Assembly: GCA_035649355.1 (NCBI GenBank)
Contig: DASRJS010000109.1
Coordinates: 1,021 to 65,020, forward strand
Reading direction: 5' to 3'
Source: Candidatus Polarisedimenticolia bacterium
GTDB taxonomy: Bacteria; Chloroflexota; Limnocylindria; Limnocylindrales; CSP1-4
Length of the DNA: 64,000 bases
Under the pieces are notes generated by a model that saw only the letters and a list, made by a program, of their open reading frames with translations, ran no database searches and had not been told where the DNA came from. A program made the translations under genes and the position numbers. Shown in pieces: positions 28,198-36,587 of the stretch (position 1 is the first letter of the stretch; each line of letters begins with the position of its first letter).

Positions 28198-29420
28198 GAC
28201 GTGGCCGTGTAGCGGGCCAGGCGGACGGGCGCGGCGATGCCCTTCAAACGGACGTCGCCGGCATCCTCCCACGCGGCGACGCGGCCCAGGGACTCCGCGA
28301 CCTCCCACGACACGAGCAGCTCGCCGGCCCGACTGTGCGAGGCGATCCGCGATGCCAGGTTGACGGTGTGGCCGTACACGTCGCCGTCCCGGACAACGAC
28401 GCGTCCGGTGGCGATGCCCGCGTGGGCGGCGGGCAAGCCATGCTTCGGCAGCGCGGTCATGAGCTCCCGGACGGCAGCCACCGCATCCTCCGCTGATCGA
28501 AAGAGCAGCATTACACCATCGCCAAGGAGCTTGACGACGCGACCTCGGTGCGTGGCCGCGGTCCTCTGGGCCAGGCCCTGGAGGGCGGTGGCATCCTGCG
28601 CGGCGAGCTCGTCGCCGGCCGTGGCGGTCCGCTCGGTGTAGCCGGAGAGGTCGACGAACGCGATCGCCGGCGGATCGGCCGGGCGCGCCGGCAGGCGGCC
28701 GGCCTTCTCGAGCGAGTGCTCCGTAAACGCCACGATCCGTCCGAAGACCTCGTCCTCCTGGTGCCGCTCCCGAAGCCACGCCAGCAGCGTGTCCATCATC
28801 GGAGCCTGCTGGACGGAGGGGGCGATCGCCTCCTCCACCGAGAGACCGCGGCGCAGCCGTTGTGGTGGCGAGCCCCCGAACTCGTCAAGCAGGTCGGTCG
28901 AGGCAAGGACGATGTGGCGCATCCCTGCGCCCGCGATCCGCGCCGCCCGGAGGAGCACCTCGGGCCGCTCGTCGACCATCGACCAGACCGAGAAGAACGC
29001 GGTCAGGGCCGCCTCCTCGTGATCGCGCATCGCTGTCTCGGGAGGTGGCGTGCCGAGCCCAAACGAGGCGTAGATCTCCGGCAGCAGCGCCGCCTTGTCG
29101 CCGAACGTCGCCGCGAACTCCGCGTAGGTCCGACCCGTCGCTTCCGGGATCAGACCCATCCGCGGGACCTCGCTGAACGGCATGTTGCCGGTCTCGATCT
29201 CGTGCATCAGGTCCGCCACGGCGATGCCGCTCGAGGCCAGGGCGTGCGCGAGCCTGACTCGCGGCACGTCGGCCGCCTCGTGTGTTCCGTCCACGGCTCG
29301 CTTGATGGCGCCGGCGCTCGCAAGCTCGTCGATCAGCTCGAGCGGAGCGCTCGCCTGAAACGCGAGCTGGGCCGGCGTCAGCCGGCGTGAGTCAGGCGAA
29401 GGCTGCGGCTCGGGCGGCAT
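28194..29420 (-). CDS. class III adenylate/guanylate cyclase (CHD) with an N-terminal sensor domain of unknown type
   Basis: C-terminal cyclase homology domain: IAFVDLSGYTERTA...VVKLLGDGVMLLF...GIATGRVVVRDGDVYGHTVNLASRI. Confidence 0.7.
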   Translation of the reverse strand: MPPEPQPSPDSRRLTPAQLAFQASAPLELIDELASAGAIKRAVDGTHEAADVPRVRLAHALASSGIAVADLMHEIETGNMPFSEVPRMGLIPEATGRTYAEFAATFGDKAALLPEIYASFGLGTPPPETAMRDHEEAALTAFFSVWSMVDERPEVLLRAARIAGAGMRHIVLASTDLLDEFGGSPPQRLRRGLSVEEAIAPSVQQAPMMDTLLAWLRERHQEDEVFGRIVAFTEHSLEKAGRLPARPADPPAIAFVDLSGYTERTATAGDELAAQDATALQGLAQRTAATHRGRVVKLLGDGVMLLFRSAEDAVAAVRELMTALPKHGLPAAHAGIATGRVVVRDGDVYGHTVNLASRIASHSRAGELLVSWEVAESLGRVAAWEDAGDVRLKGIAAPVRLARYTATS

Positions 29421-29473
29421 GGCGCGAGTGTAGGCACGACCGGCGCGTCGTCAGGGAGTCGGATCGAGATGGT

Positions 29474-29550
29474 TGGTACCGCATACCGGATTCGAACCGG
29501 TGATCTTCGCCTTGAGAGGGCGATGTCCTGGGCCACTAGACGAATGCGGC
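29474..29550 (-). tRNA. tRNA-Glu(CTC)
   Basis: Cloverleaf on the reverse complement. Acceptor GCCGCAT/ATGCGGT, anticodon stem TCGCC/GGCGA with loop CTCTCAA, T-arm ACCGG-TTCGAAT-CCGGT, then discriminator A and CCA. Confidence 0.8.
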
Positions 29551-29596
29551 ACGGGCGCCGCGGGCGGACCCGCGGGCAGTGGCGGAGTTTACCAGC

Positions 29597-30499
29597 CTAG
29601 AGCCGGTGCGCCTCCAGGAAGGCCCGAATCGCCTCGGCCACCTGCTGGTAGCCGGTCTCGCCGAGGATGAGCCCGAAGTGCGAATGCGCGCCGAACGGCT
29701 CGTACTCCGCACCCAGCCACTCGGCCACGCGTTCGGTGGTTGGCTCCGGCACGTAGTGATCGAGCCCAGCCCCGATGACGAGGCGCGGAATCGCCTGGAC
29801 GGCATCGCGGTCGACCACGACGCCGCGCAGGACCGCGCGCTTCGCGGCCCCGGATTCGTGCGGCTTCTGGCCGAGGAGGTGCTGGATCCGCAGGACGTCC
29901 GCGATCGTGAGGTCGCGATGGTCACGCTGGAGCTTCTCCGGCAACGTCTCCCAGCCGATCAGGCCCTTGCCGTAGACCTCCGGGATCTCGCGCAGCTCGT
30001 GCGGTTGGGGCGCGGTCCGCAGCCCCGCCGGAGCCTCCGGGGAGAGGAGGACCAGGCCACCGAGCTCGGCCCGTTCGGCGGCCTTCAGGGCGAGGAGGCC
30101 GCCCATCCCGTGACCGATGACCACGACGCCGGGCCCGAGTCGGCGCATCGACGCCGCGACGTCCTCGACGTACGTCGCAAATGACAGCTCTGCGGGGTCC
30201 GCGGTCTGACTCCAGAAGTGGTTCCGCAGGTTGAGTGCGTGGCCCTCCCAGCCGCGCCCGGCGAAGTAGCCGAGGAAGCGCTCCCAGAGCCACGACCCAC
30301 CGAGCTCGCCGTGGACGAAGAGGAGCGGCTTGCGGCGCGACCGACGTTCCGGCAGCCACGATTCGATGTAGATCCCCCGCTCCGTCAGCTCGATCTCGTC
30401 CTTCCGGACCGGCCGGCCCGGGGCGGGCGCGAGCACGGGCCGCGTGAGCAGCGACTCAGGCAGGGTGTCGGTCAGGTCGGGCATCGGGTCACCACTCAT
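29597..30499 (-). CDS. alpha/beta hydrolase
   Basis: Nucleophile elbow GHGMGG. An HGxxG-like segment LLFVHGELGGSW. Confidence 0.75.
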   Translation of the reverse strand: MSGDPMPDLTDTLPESLLTRPVLAPAPGRPVRKDEIELTERGIYIESWLPERRSRRKPLLFVHGELGGSWLWERFLGYFAGRGWEGHALNLRNHFWSQTADPAELSFATYVEDVAASMRRLGPGVVVIGHGMGGLLALKAAERAELGGLVLLSPEAPAGLRTAPQPHELREIPEVYGKGLIGWETLPEKLQRDHRDLTIADVLRIQHLLGQKPHESGAAKRAVLRGVVVDRDAVQAIPRLVIGAGLDHYVPEPTTERVAEWLGAEYEPFGAHSHFGLILGETGYQQVAEAIRAFLEAHRL

Positions 30500-31859
30500 G
30501 CGGGTTGATGACGAGGCCGGTCAGGGCCTTCGGGTAGAAGTACGTGCTCTTCTGGGGCATGACACCGCCGGCCGCGGCGACGTCGAGGACCGCGGATACC
30601 GGTGTGGCTTCGAGGAGGAACGCAGCATCGGCCCCGGCGGCGTTTCGGTCAACCCGGTCGATCGCGTCGGCCGCGTCGTGGGTGTATTCGAGCCGCTCGC
30701 CGGCGGCCACCTCCTCCGGGCCGAGGCCCAGGAGCCGCTCGAAGACGAGCCCAAGCCGGGTGACGTCGAGCCGGCTGACGGCATCATCGCCAAGCGCGTG
30801 CGCGAAGACCTCCGAGCGGGCCGCCAGCCGCAGCCCGCCGTCGCGTGTCCAGAGTCCGAACCGGCCGGCGCCACCCTCGTGCGGCGCGTCGAACGCCGCC
30901 ACGAGCTCATCGGCGCTCTCCACGACGTCGACGACGAACCATTCATCAAGGCCGGCGCGGGCGCCCGCGAGCCAGGCGTCACCGAGCCCGCGGACGACGC
31001 GGTGCGTCGGCAGCGTCGTCAATGGTTCGTGCGCGGCATCGAGGAATAGGACGAGCGTGTGGTCCCAGGCCGGGTCCGGGTCGCTCGCCGGTGCGCCAAC
31101 GCGCCGCTCGTCGCGGTAGCGGAGCGCGGTCTCGTAGCGGTGATGACCATCCGCGATCGTCAACGGCCCACGACCCGCCGCTGCCGCCAGGGCAGCGACT
31201 GCGTCGGTCTCGGTGACGAGCCACAGGCGATGCGTGACCCCGTCGTCGTCCGTGATGTCGGCGGCCGGTGCGGTCCCTGCCACGGCCTCGAGGATCCCGG
31301 ACGCGGCGCCGTCCTCCTCCTCGTAGAGCATCACGACCGGACTGGTGTTCACACCGGTCGCCCGAAGGAGCCGATAACGGTCCTCGCGCGGCGCGGGCAG
31401 CGTCCGCTCGTGGCGCCGAACCCCGCCGTCGTAGGCCTCGATGCGCAACCGCCCGAAGAACCCACGTTGCGTTCTGACCACGTCGCTGGAGGGCAATCGG
31501 TAGGTCTGCTCGTAGGCGTAGAAGGCAGGCCGCGCGTCGGCGCGAAGCACACCCGACGAGCGCCACTCCGCCAACGTTCGGGCAGCGCGCCGGTAGCGCG
31601 CGTCCGGCTCTTCGCCAGACTCGGCCGGAGGCAGGTCCAGACGGACGACATTGTGGGGATCGCGGAGCAGGAGCTCGGCCTGTCGCGCGGTGTCGATGAC
31701 GTCGTAGGGCGGCGCGACCACCCGCGCGAGATCAACGACGTCGGCCGGATAACGCAATGCACGAAACGGGCGGACGACGGGCACGCGGACCTCGGGACGG
31801 GGCGGGCTGGCCGCCAGGAATCGGGACGGGCGCATCGTAGGATACCCGGGCTCGTGCAA
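30489..31859 (-). CDS. DUF1015 family protein
   Basis: Conserved N-terminal block VVRPFRALRYPADVVDLARVVAPPYDVI. Confidence 0.7.
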   Translation of the reverse strand: MHEPGYPTMRPSRFLAASPPRPEVRVPVVRPFRALRYPADVVDLARVVAPPYDVIDTARQAELLLRDPHNVVRLDLPPAESGEEPDARYRRAARTLAEWRSSGVLRADARPAFYAYEQTYRLPSSDVVRTQRGFFGRLRIEAYDGGVRRHERTLPAPREDRYRLLRATGVNTSPVVMLYEEEDGAASGILEAVAGTAPAADITDDDGVTHRLWLVTETDAVAALAAAAGRGPLTIADGHHRYETALRYRDERRVGAPASDPDPAWDHTLVLFLDAAHEPLTTLPTHRVVRGLGDAWLAGARAGLDEWFVVDVVESADELVAAFDAPHEGGAGRFGLWTRDGGLRLAARSEVFAHALGDDAVSRLDVTRLGLVFERLLGLGPEEVAAGERLEYTHDAADAIDRVDRNAAGADAAFLLEATPVSAVLDVAAAGGVMPQKSTYFYPKALTGLVINPHEW

Positions 31860-31924
31860 CTTTCCGGGGAGGTCCCACGTCGTTCCTCTGACCAGCCGCT
31901 GATTCCCCGTGCCATGGAGGCGCA

Positions 31925-34414
31925 GTGATCGCGTCCGCTCCGACCGCCGCCGACCGCGCCAGGACCGTCGCGCGGCGCCTCGCGGTCATCGCTGCGCTCC
32001 TCCTGCTCGCACTCGGCCCGGCCGCGCACCGCAGCGTCGCTGCGGGCGACATCACGCTGACGGCGGCGGTGCTCCTCCAGGGCCACGCCCGCGTTGGAAC
32101 GTGGATGGCGATCACCGTCCACATCGAAAACGCCGGGCCGTCGCTGAACGGTGAGCTGCGGCTTGCCGGCGGGACCCAGGGCCGCACGCGATTCAGCGTC
32201 CCGGTCGACCAACCGACGGGCTCGTCGAAGGACTGGCTCGTGTTCGCCCAGCCGCCGGCGTTCGGGCGGAACCTGTCGATCGACCTCGTCGCCTCGGACG
32301 GCACCAAAGTCGCTGCCGCGGACGTCGCCTTCCTCGCCCACGACCCGTCGCAGCTCGTCGTCGGCGTAATCGCCGAACGGCCACAGGGCATCGTCGCCGA
32401 GATCAACCTGCCACCGAACCAGAACAACACGCAGCCCGCGATCATCACGCTCTCACCGGCCGACCTGCCGGATCGAATCGAAGGTTGGGCGACGCTGGAC
32501 CGCCTGATCTGGCAGGACGTCGACTCGAATCTCCTGTCGAACGGGCAGATCCAGGCGATGCGCGGCTGGCTCGCCGGCGGCGGGCAGCTGATCATCGCCG
32601 GCGGCTCGGCCGGCATCGGCACGCTCTCGGCCTTTCCGGACGACCTCCTGCCCTACCGCCCGACGTCGACGGTCGACGTCCCGGCCGCTGCGCTGAACAC
32701 CCTTCTCGGCGGTGCCCCGGCCGCGGCCCCGGACGTCCCGGCGCTCGCCGGCGAGCTGGACCATGGCCGCGCGCTCGCGACCGTCGGCGACCGAGTCGTC
32801 GCCGCGGATGCGAGCTATGGCAGCGGCAGCGTGACCATCCTCGGAGTCGACCCGGCGTCCTCGTGGCTCGCCGAATCCAAGGACGTCGCAAGCCTCTGGC
32901 GGAGGCTCCTGCCGCAGCGCGCCGCCGGCGGCCCGTTGATCACGAACGACGACAGCCAGCTGGTCTCGGCCGTCAACCAGCTACCGGCGCTCGCCCTGCC
33001 GCCGACCGGCGGCCTGCTGGCCCTGCTGGGCGGCTACATCCTGCTGATCGGCCCGGTCAACTACCTCATCCTGAAGCGTCTCGACCGGCGTGAATGGGCC
33101 TGGATCACGATGCCGGCCCTCATCGTCGTCTTCGCCGTCGCGGCCTACGGCTACGGCGCCCTGCTCCGTGGCGTCGACGTCATCGTCAACGAGATCTCGA
33201 TCGTCCGCGGCGCCGTGGATGCCCCCGAAGGCAGCGCGCAGGTCTACCTCGGCATCTTCTCGCCAACGCGCGGCAGCTACCTTCTCGAGGTCCCGGGCGG
33301 GGCGCTGCTCTCCGCGCCGATCTCGGGCGACCAGTTCAGCACGGATGCCTCCGCGCTCGACGTCCTGCAGGGTGACCCGTCCCAGGTTCGAAACCTCGCA
33401 ATCGGCGTTTACGGCCTCCGATCCGTACGCGCGGAGTCGGCCGCGGTCGTGCCCCGGATCAGCGCGACGCTGCGGCTCGAGGGCGGCGTGCTCACGGGCA
33501 CGGTCACCAACAAATCCGACAACCCACTGGAGAATGTCGCCGTCGTCCTCGGCAGCTCCGTCGCGGTCCTTGACGACATCGCTCCCGGCGAAACGAAGGA
33601 CGTCTCGCTTCGGCCGACCTCGAACCCGAATGGGATGTCGCTCTCAGACCGGATCATGGGCCAGCAGTTCTTCGGCAACGGCACTGGCTTCACGGACGAC
33701 TCGCTGCGCAGGACCGTCCGAGCGTCGGTCATCAACCAGCTGACATACGATCCGTTCCAGGGCTTCGCGGGTCGCCTCAACGCCGAAACGCCCGTGCTCC
33801 TCGCCTGGGGGAGGCAGAACGTGCTCGACGTCCAGATCCAGGGCCAGCGCCCTCGGCGCGTCGCGAACACGCTCTACTACGTTCCCGTTCCGATGACGAT
33901 CAGCGGTCGAACGACGTTCGAGGGCGACCTCATGCGCAGCGTCGTCGTCGATTCGAGCGCGATGTTCTTCACGAAGGACCCGACCTGGCTGAACCTCAGC
34001 ACGGGATCCGCGACCGTGTCCTACAGCCCGATCGAGTTCGAAGGCTCACTCGCGGTGACGGAGCTCGAGCTCCAGCTCACGAATGGCGAGCCGATCCGGG
34101 TCGGCGCCGGCAAGCCGATCGACCCGTTGCCGGGGATCCCCGAGGTCTGCTCGAATCTCGAGAACAACGCGCCGGAGGGCTGCGTGCCGCGGATCCAGGA
34201 CAACATGCCAGAGGTGGAGCTGTTCGATCGCTCCGGAGAGGGCATCTGGGTCCGTCTCCCCCACCTGACCGCCGGCCAGGGCTACACGATTGCCGCGCCG
34301 GAGCGGTATGTCGACCCGGCGAGCGGCACGGTCCTCGTGCGCTTCGTCAACGAGCAGCCGGACGGCAATTTCGGCTTCCAGTTCGGCGTGTCGATCAGCG
34401 GTGACGTCCGATGA
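31925..34414 (+). CDS. large secreted/membrane protein of unknown function; first gene of the MoxR-vWA operon, possible GldG-like ABC accessory component
   Basis: 829 aa protein with a signal peptide and a central TM pair (LLALLGGYILLIGPVNYLILKRL...WAWITMPALIVVFAVAAYGYGALL). GTG start with GGAGG 5 nt upstream. Its 3' end overlaps the ABC ATPase gene by 4 nt. Confidence 0.6.
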   Translation: MIASAPTAADRARTVARRLAVIAALLLLALGPAAHRSVAAGDITLTAAVLLQGHARVGTWMAITVHIENAGPSLNGELRLAGGTQGRTRFSVPVDQPTGSSKDWLVFAQPPAFGRNLSIDLVASDGTKVAAADVAFLAHDPSQLVVGVIAERPQGIVAEINLPPNQNNTQPAIITLSPADLPDRIEGWATLDRLIWQDVDSNLLSNGQIQAMRGWLAGGGQLIIAGGSAGIGTLSAFPDDLLPYRPTSTVDVPAAALNTLLGGAPAAAPDVPALAGELDHGRALATVGDRVVAADASYGSGSVTILGVDPASSWLAESKDVASLWRRLLPQRAAGGPLITNDDSQLVSAVNQLPALALPPTGGLLALLGGYILLIGPVNYLILKRLDRREWAWITMPALIVVFAVAAYGYGALLRGVDVIVNEISIVRGAVDAPEGSAQVYLGIFSPTRGSYLLEVPGGALLSAPISGDQFSTDASALDVLQGDPSQVRNLAIGVYGLRSVRAESAAVVPRISATLRLEGGVLTGTVTNKSDNPLENVAVVLGSSVAVLDDIAPGETKDVSLRPTSNPNGMSLSDRIMGQQFFGNGTGFTDDSLRRTVRASVINQLTYDPFQGFAGRLNAETPVLLAWGRQNVLDVQIQGQRPRRVANTLYYVPVPMTISGRTTFEGDLMRSVVVDSSAMFFTKDPTWLNLSTGSATVSYSPIEFEGSLAVTELELQLTNGEPIRVGAGKPIDPLPGIPEVCSNLENNAPEGCVPRIQDNMPEVELFDRSGEGIWVRLPHLTAGQGYTIAAPERYVDPASGTVLVRFVNEQPDGNFGFQFGVSISGDVR

Positions 34415-35376
34415 GCGCGATCGTCAGCGTCGAGGGCCTCGTCAAGCGCTACAACGGCACGCTCGCGGTCGCGGGCGTGGAGCTGGCGGTCGAGCCGGGT
34501 GAGATCTTCGGGCTCGTCGGGCCGAACGGCGCGGGCAAGACGACGATGCTGCGGATGATGGCCACGCTCCTCGAGCCGAGCGCCGGGGATGCGGTCATCG
34601 CCGGCGAGTCCGTTCGTCGGAACCCGGCCGCGGTCCGCCGCGTCCTCGGGTTCATGCCCGATGTCTTCGGCGTCTACGACGACATGAAGGTCTGGGAGTA
34701 CCTGGACTTCTTCGCCCGCTGCTACGGCCTGCCCGCGGCACGCCGGCGCCGGATCATCGCGGACCTTCTCGAGCTCGTCGACCTCGGACCGAAGCGCGAT
34801 GACTACGTCCAGGCGCTGTCACGGGGCATGCAGCAACGCCTCTGTCTCGCCCACGCGCTCGTCCACGACCCCCAGGTGCTCCTGCTCGACGAGCCGGCAT
34901 CCGGGCTGGACCCGCGCGCCCGCATCGAGCTTCGAGAGCTCCTGCGCGAGCTGCGCCGGCTCGGCAAGACGATCCTCATCAGCAGCCACATCCTTCCCGA
35001 GCTCGAGGAGATCTGCACGAGCGTCGCGATCATGGATCGCGGCAAGGTGCTCGCGGCCGGGCGCATCTCGGACATCGAGCAGCGCCTCCGCGTCGGCGCC
35101 GTCCTGCGGGTGCGCGTCCTCGCCGACGAGGCCGGCCTGGACGAGGCGACCGAGGCGTTCCGGGCCGAGCCCGATGTCGCCTCGGCGGAGATCCTCGAGG
35201 ACGGCACGATCGAGCTCGGCTTCCGAGGCGACGATGCGGCCGCGGCGCAGCTCCTCGCCCGCGCCATCGCGCGCGGATCGACGGTCGCGAGCTTCGCCCG
35301 CGCCGCGAGCGACCTCGAGGAGCTGTTCCTCCAGGTCACCGGGGCCGAACCCGAGAGCGTCGGAGACGCGGCATGA
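34411..35376 (+). CDS. ABC transporter ATP-binding protein
   Basis: Walker A GPNGAGKTT, a signature-like motif LSRGMQQRL and Walker B LLLDEPASGLD are present. Confidence 0.9.
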   Translation: MSAIVSVEGLVKRYNGTLAVAGVELAVEPGEIFGLVGPNGAGKTTMLRMMATLLEPSAGDAVIAGESVRRNPAAVRRVLGFMPDVFGVYDDMKVWEYLDFFARCYGLPAARRRRIIADLLELVDLGPKRDDYVQALSRGMQQRLCLAHALVHDPQVLLLDEPASGLDPRARIELRELLRELRRLGKTILISSHILPELEEICTSVAIMDRGKVLAAGRISDIEQRLRVGAVLRVRVLADEAGLDEATEAFRAEPDVASAEILEDGTIELGFRGDDAAAAQLLARAIARGSTVASFARAASDLEELFLQVTGAEPESVGDAA

Positions 35377-36587
35377 CCGCGATCGCGCTGCCGTCCCTTC
35401 GCGCGCGCCTGGGCCGCCTCGGCGGCTCGGTCCGTGGCGCATCGTCCGGGCTCACGGCCATCGGCGTGAAGGAGCTTCGCGGTCGAATGCGCGGCCGGCG
35501 CGCGTTCATCATCCTGACCGTCTACCTGATCCTCATCGGCGGCTTCGCCTGGATGTCGGAGATCCTCCAGGAGAAGCTTTACGCGGGCGCGTTCGCAAAC
35601 CAGGCGACGTTCGCCTCGGCGGCGATCGGGCGCGCCGTCTTCGGCGCGATCCTGCTGCTCGAGACGCTGCTCGTCGTCGTGCTGACACCGGGCTTCACCG
35701 CCGGGGCCATCAGCCTCGAACGTGAGAAGCAGACGCTCGACATGCTCGCGACGACGCCGATCTCGTCGCTCGCCATCGTCATCGGCAAGCTACTCTCCGC
35801 GCTCGTCTACGTCTTCATCCTCGTGCTCGCGTCGGTCCCCCTTTCGGCCCTCGTCTTCGTCTTTGGCGGCGTGGCCTGGGACGACGTCCTGCGCGGCTAC
35901 ATCGTCCTGCTCGCGACGGCGGTCGGCATCGGCTCGGTGGCGCTGTTCTTCTCGGCGCTCGCACGCCGAACGCAGGCGGCCACGATCCTGTCGTACTTCG
36001 CGGTCCTGGCGGCAACGCTCGGCAGCCTGTTCATCTTCTCGTTCTGGTCGACGGTCGCCTCCACGACGACGTTCGCGCCGGACGGCAGCACGCGGATCAG
36101 CGGTGGGCCGCCCGAGGCGATCATGTACCTCAACCCATACATCGCCCAGGCCGACGTCCTCTGCGGCGCCGGCGATGGCGTCGATGCGCTCGACCGGAAC
36201 ACGACGTTCTGCGGCCGTGTCGGATCGATCACGGGCGCGAACCCCTTCGGGATCACAACGCCCCTCCCGATGCCTGGCGTGAAGGTCGACCCAGGTTTCG
36301 GCGGGGTGATCAACCTCGGCGGCGGCGACGGCGTCAACGTCGACGGCGCCCCTGGTTGCCCCGCGAACGCGCGGTGCGCCGCGATCGCCTTCGATGACGT
36401 GGCCGTCACCGAAGGCCAGATCTTCGGCGTCCAGCGCGACACGTTCTGGCCGAAGAGCGTCGCCGCCTGGCTCGTCATCTCGGTGATCTTCACGTTGCTG
36501 TCCGTCCAGCTCGTCACACCCACGCGTCGCTGGCGCCCTCGCCTGCCGGGCTTCCTGCGCCGTCGCAGCTCGAGGAGTCCCGCCTGA
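35373..36587 (+). CDS. ABC-2 type permease
   Basis: Six or more TM helices. A 4 nt overlap with the ATPase gene. A GldF/NosY-like layout with an extended loop. Confidence 0.75.
   Translation: MTAIALPSLRARLGRLGGSVRGASSGLTAIGVKELRGRMRGRRAFIILTVYLILIGGFAWMSEILQEKLYAGAFANQATFASAAIGRAVFGAILLLETLLVVVLTPGFTAGAISLEREKQTLDMLATTPISSLAIVIGKLLSALVYVFILVLASVPLSALVFVFGGVAWDDVLRGYIVLLATAVGIGSVALFFSALARRTQAATILSYFAVLAATLGSLFIFSFWSTVASTTTFAPDGSTRISGGPPEAIMYLNPYIAQADVLCGAGDGVDALDRNTTFCGRVGSITGANPFGITTPLPMPGVKVDPGFGGVINLGGGDGVNVDGAPGCPANARCAAIAFDDVAVTEGQIFGVQRDTFWPKSVAAWLVISVIFTLLSVQLVTPTRRWRPRLPGFLRRRSSRSPA

Noticed and set aside
15641-29550. Integrated prophage or ICE between the two tRNA genes
   Set aside because: No integrase, recombinase, transposase, phage structural or conjugation genes are present. 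No clear att-type direct repeat was seen. It is retained only as a low-interest island hypothesis.
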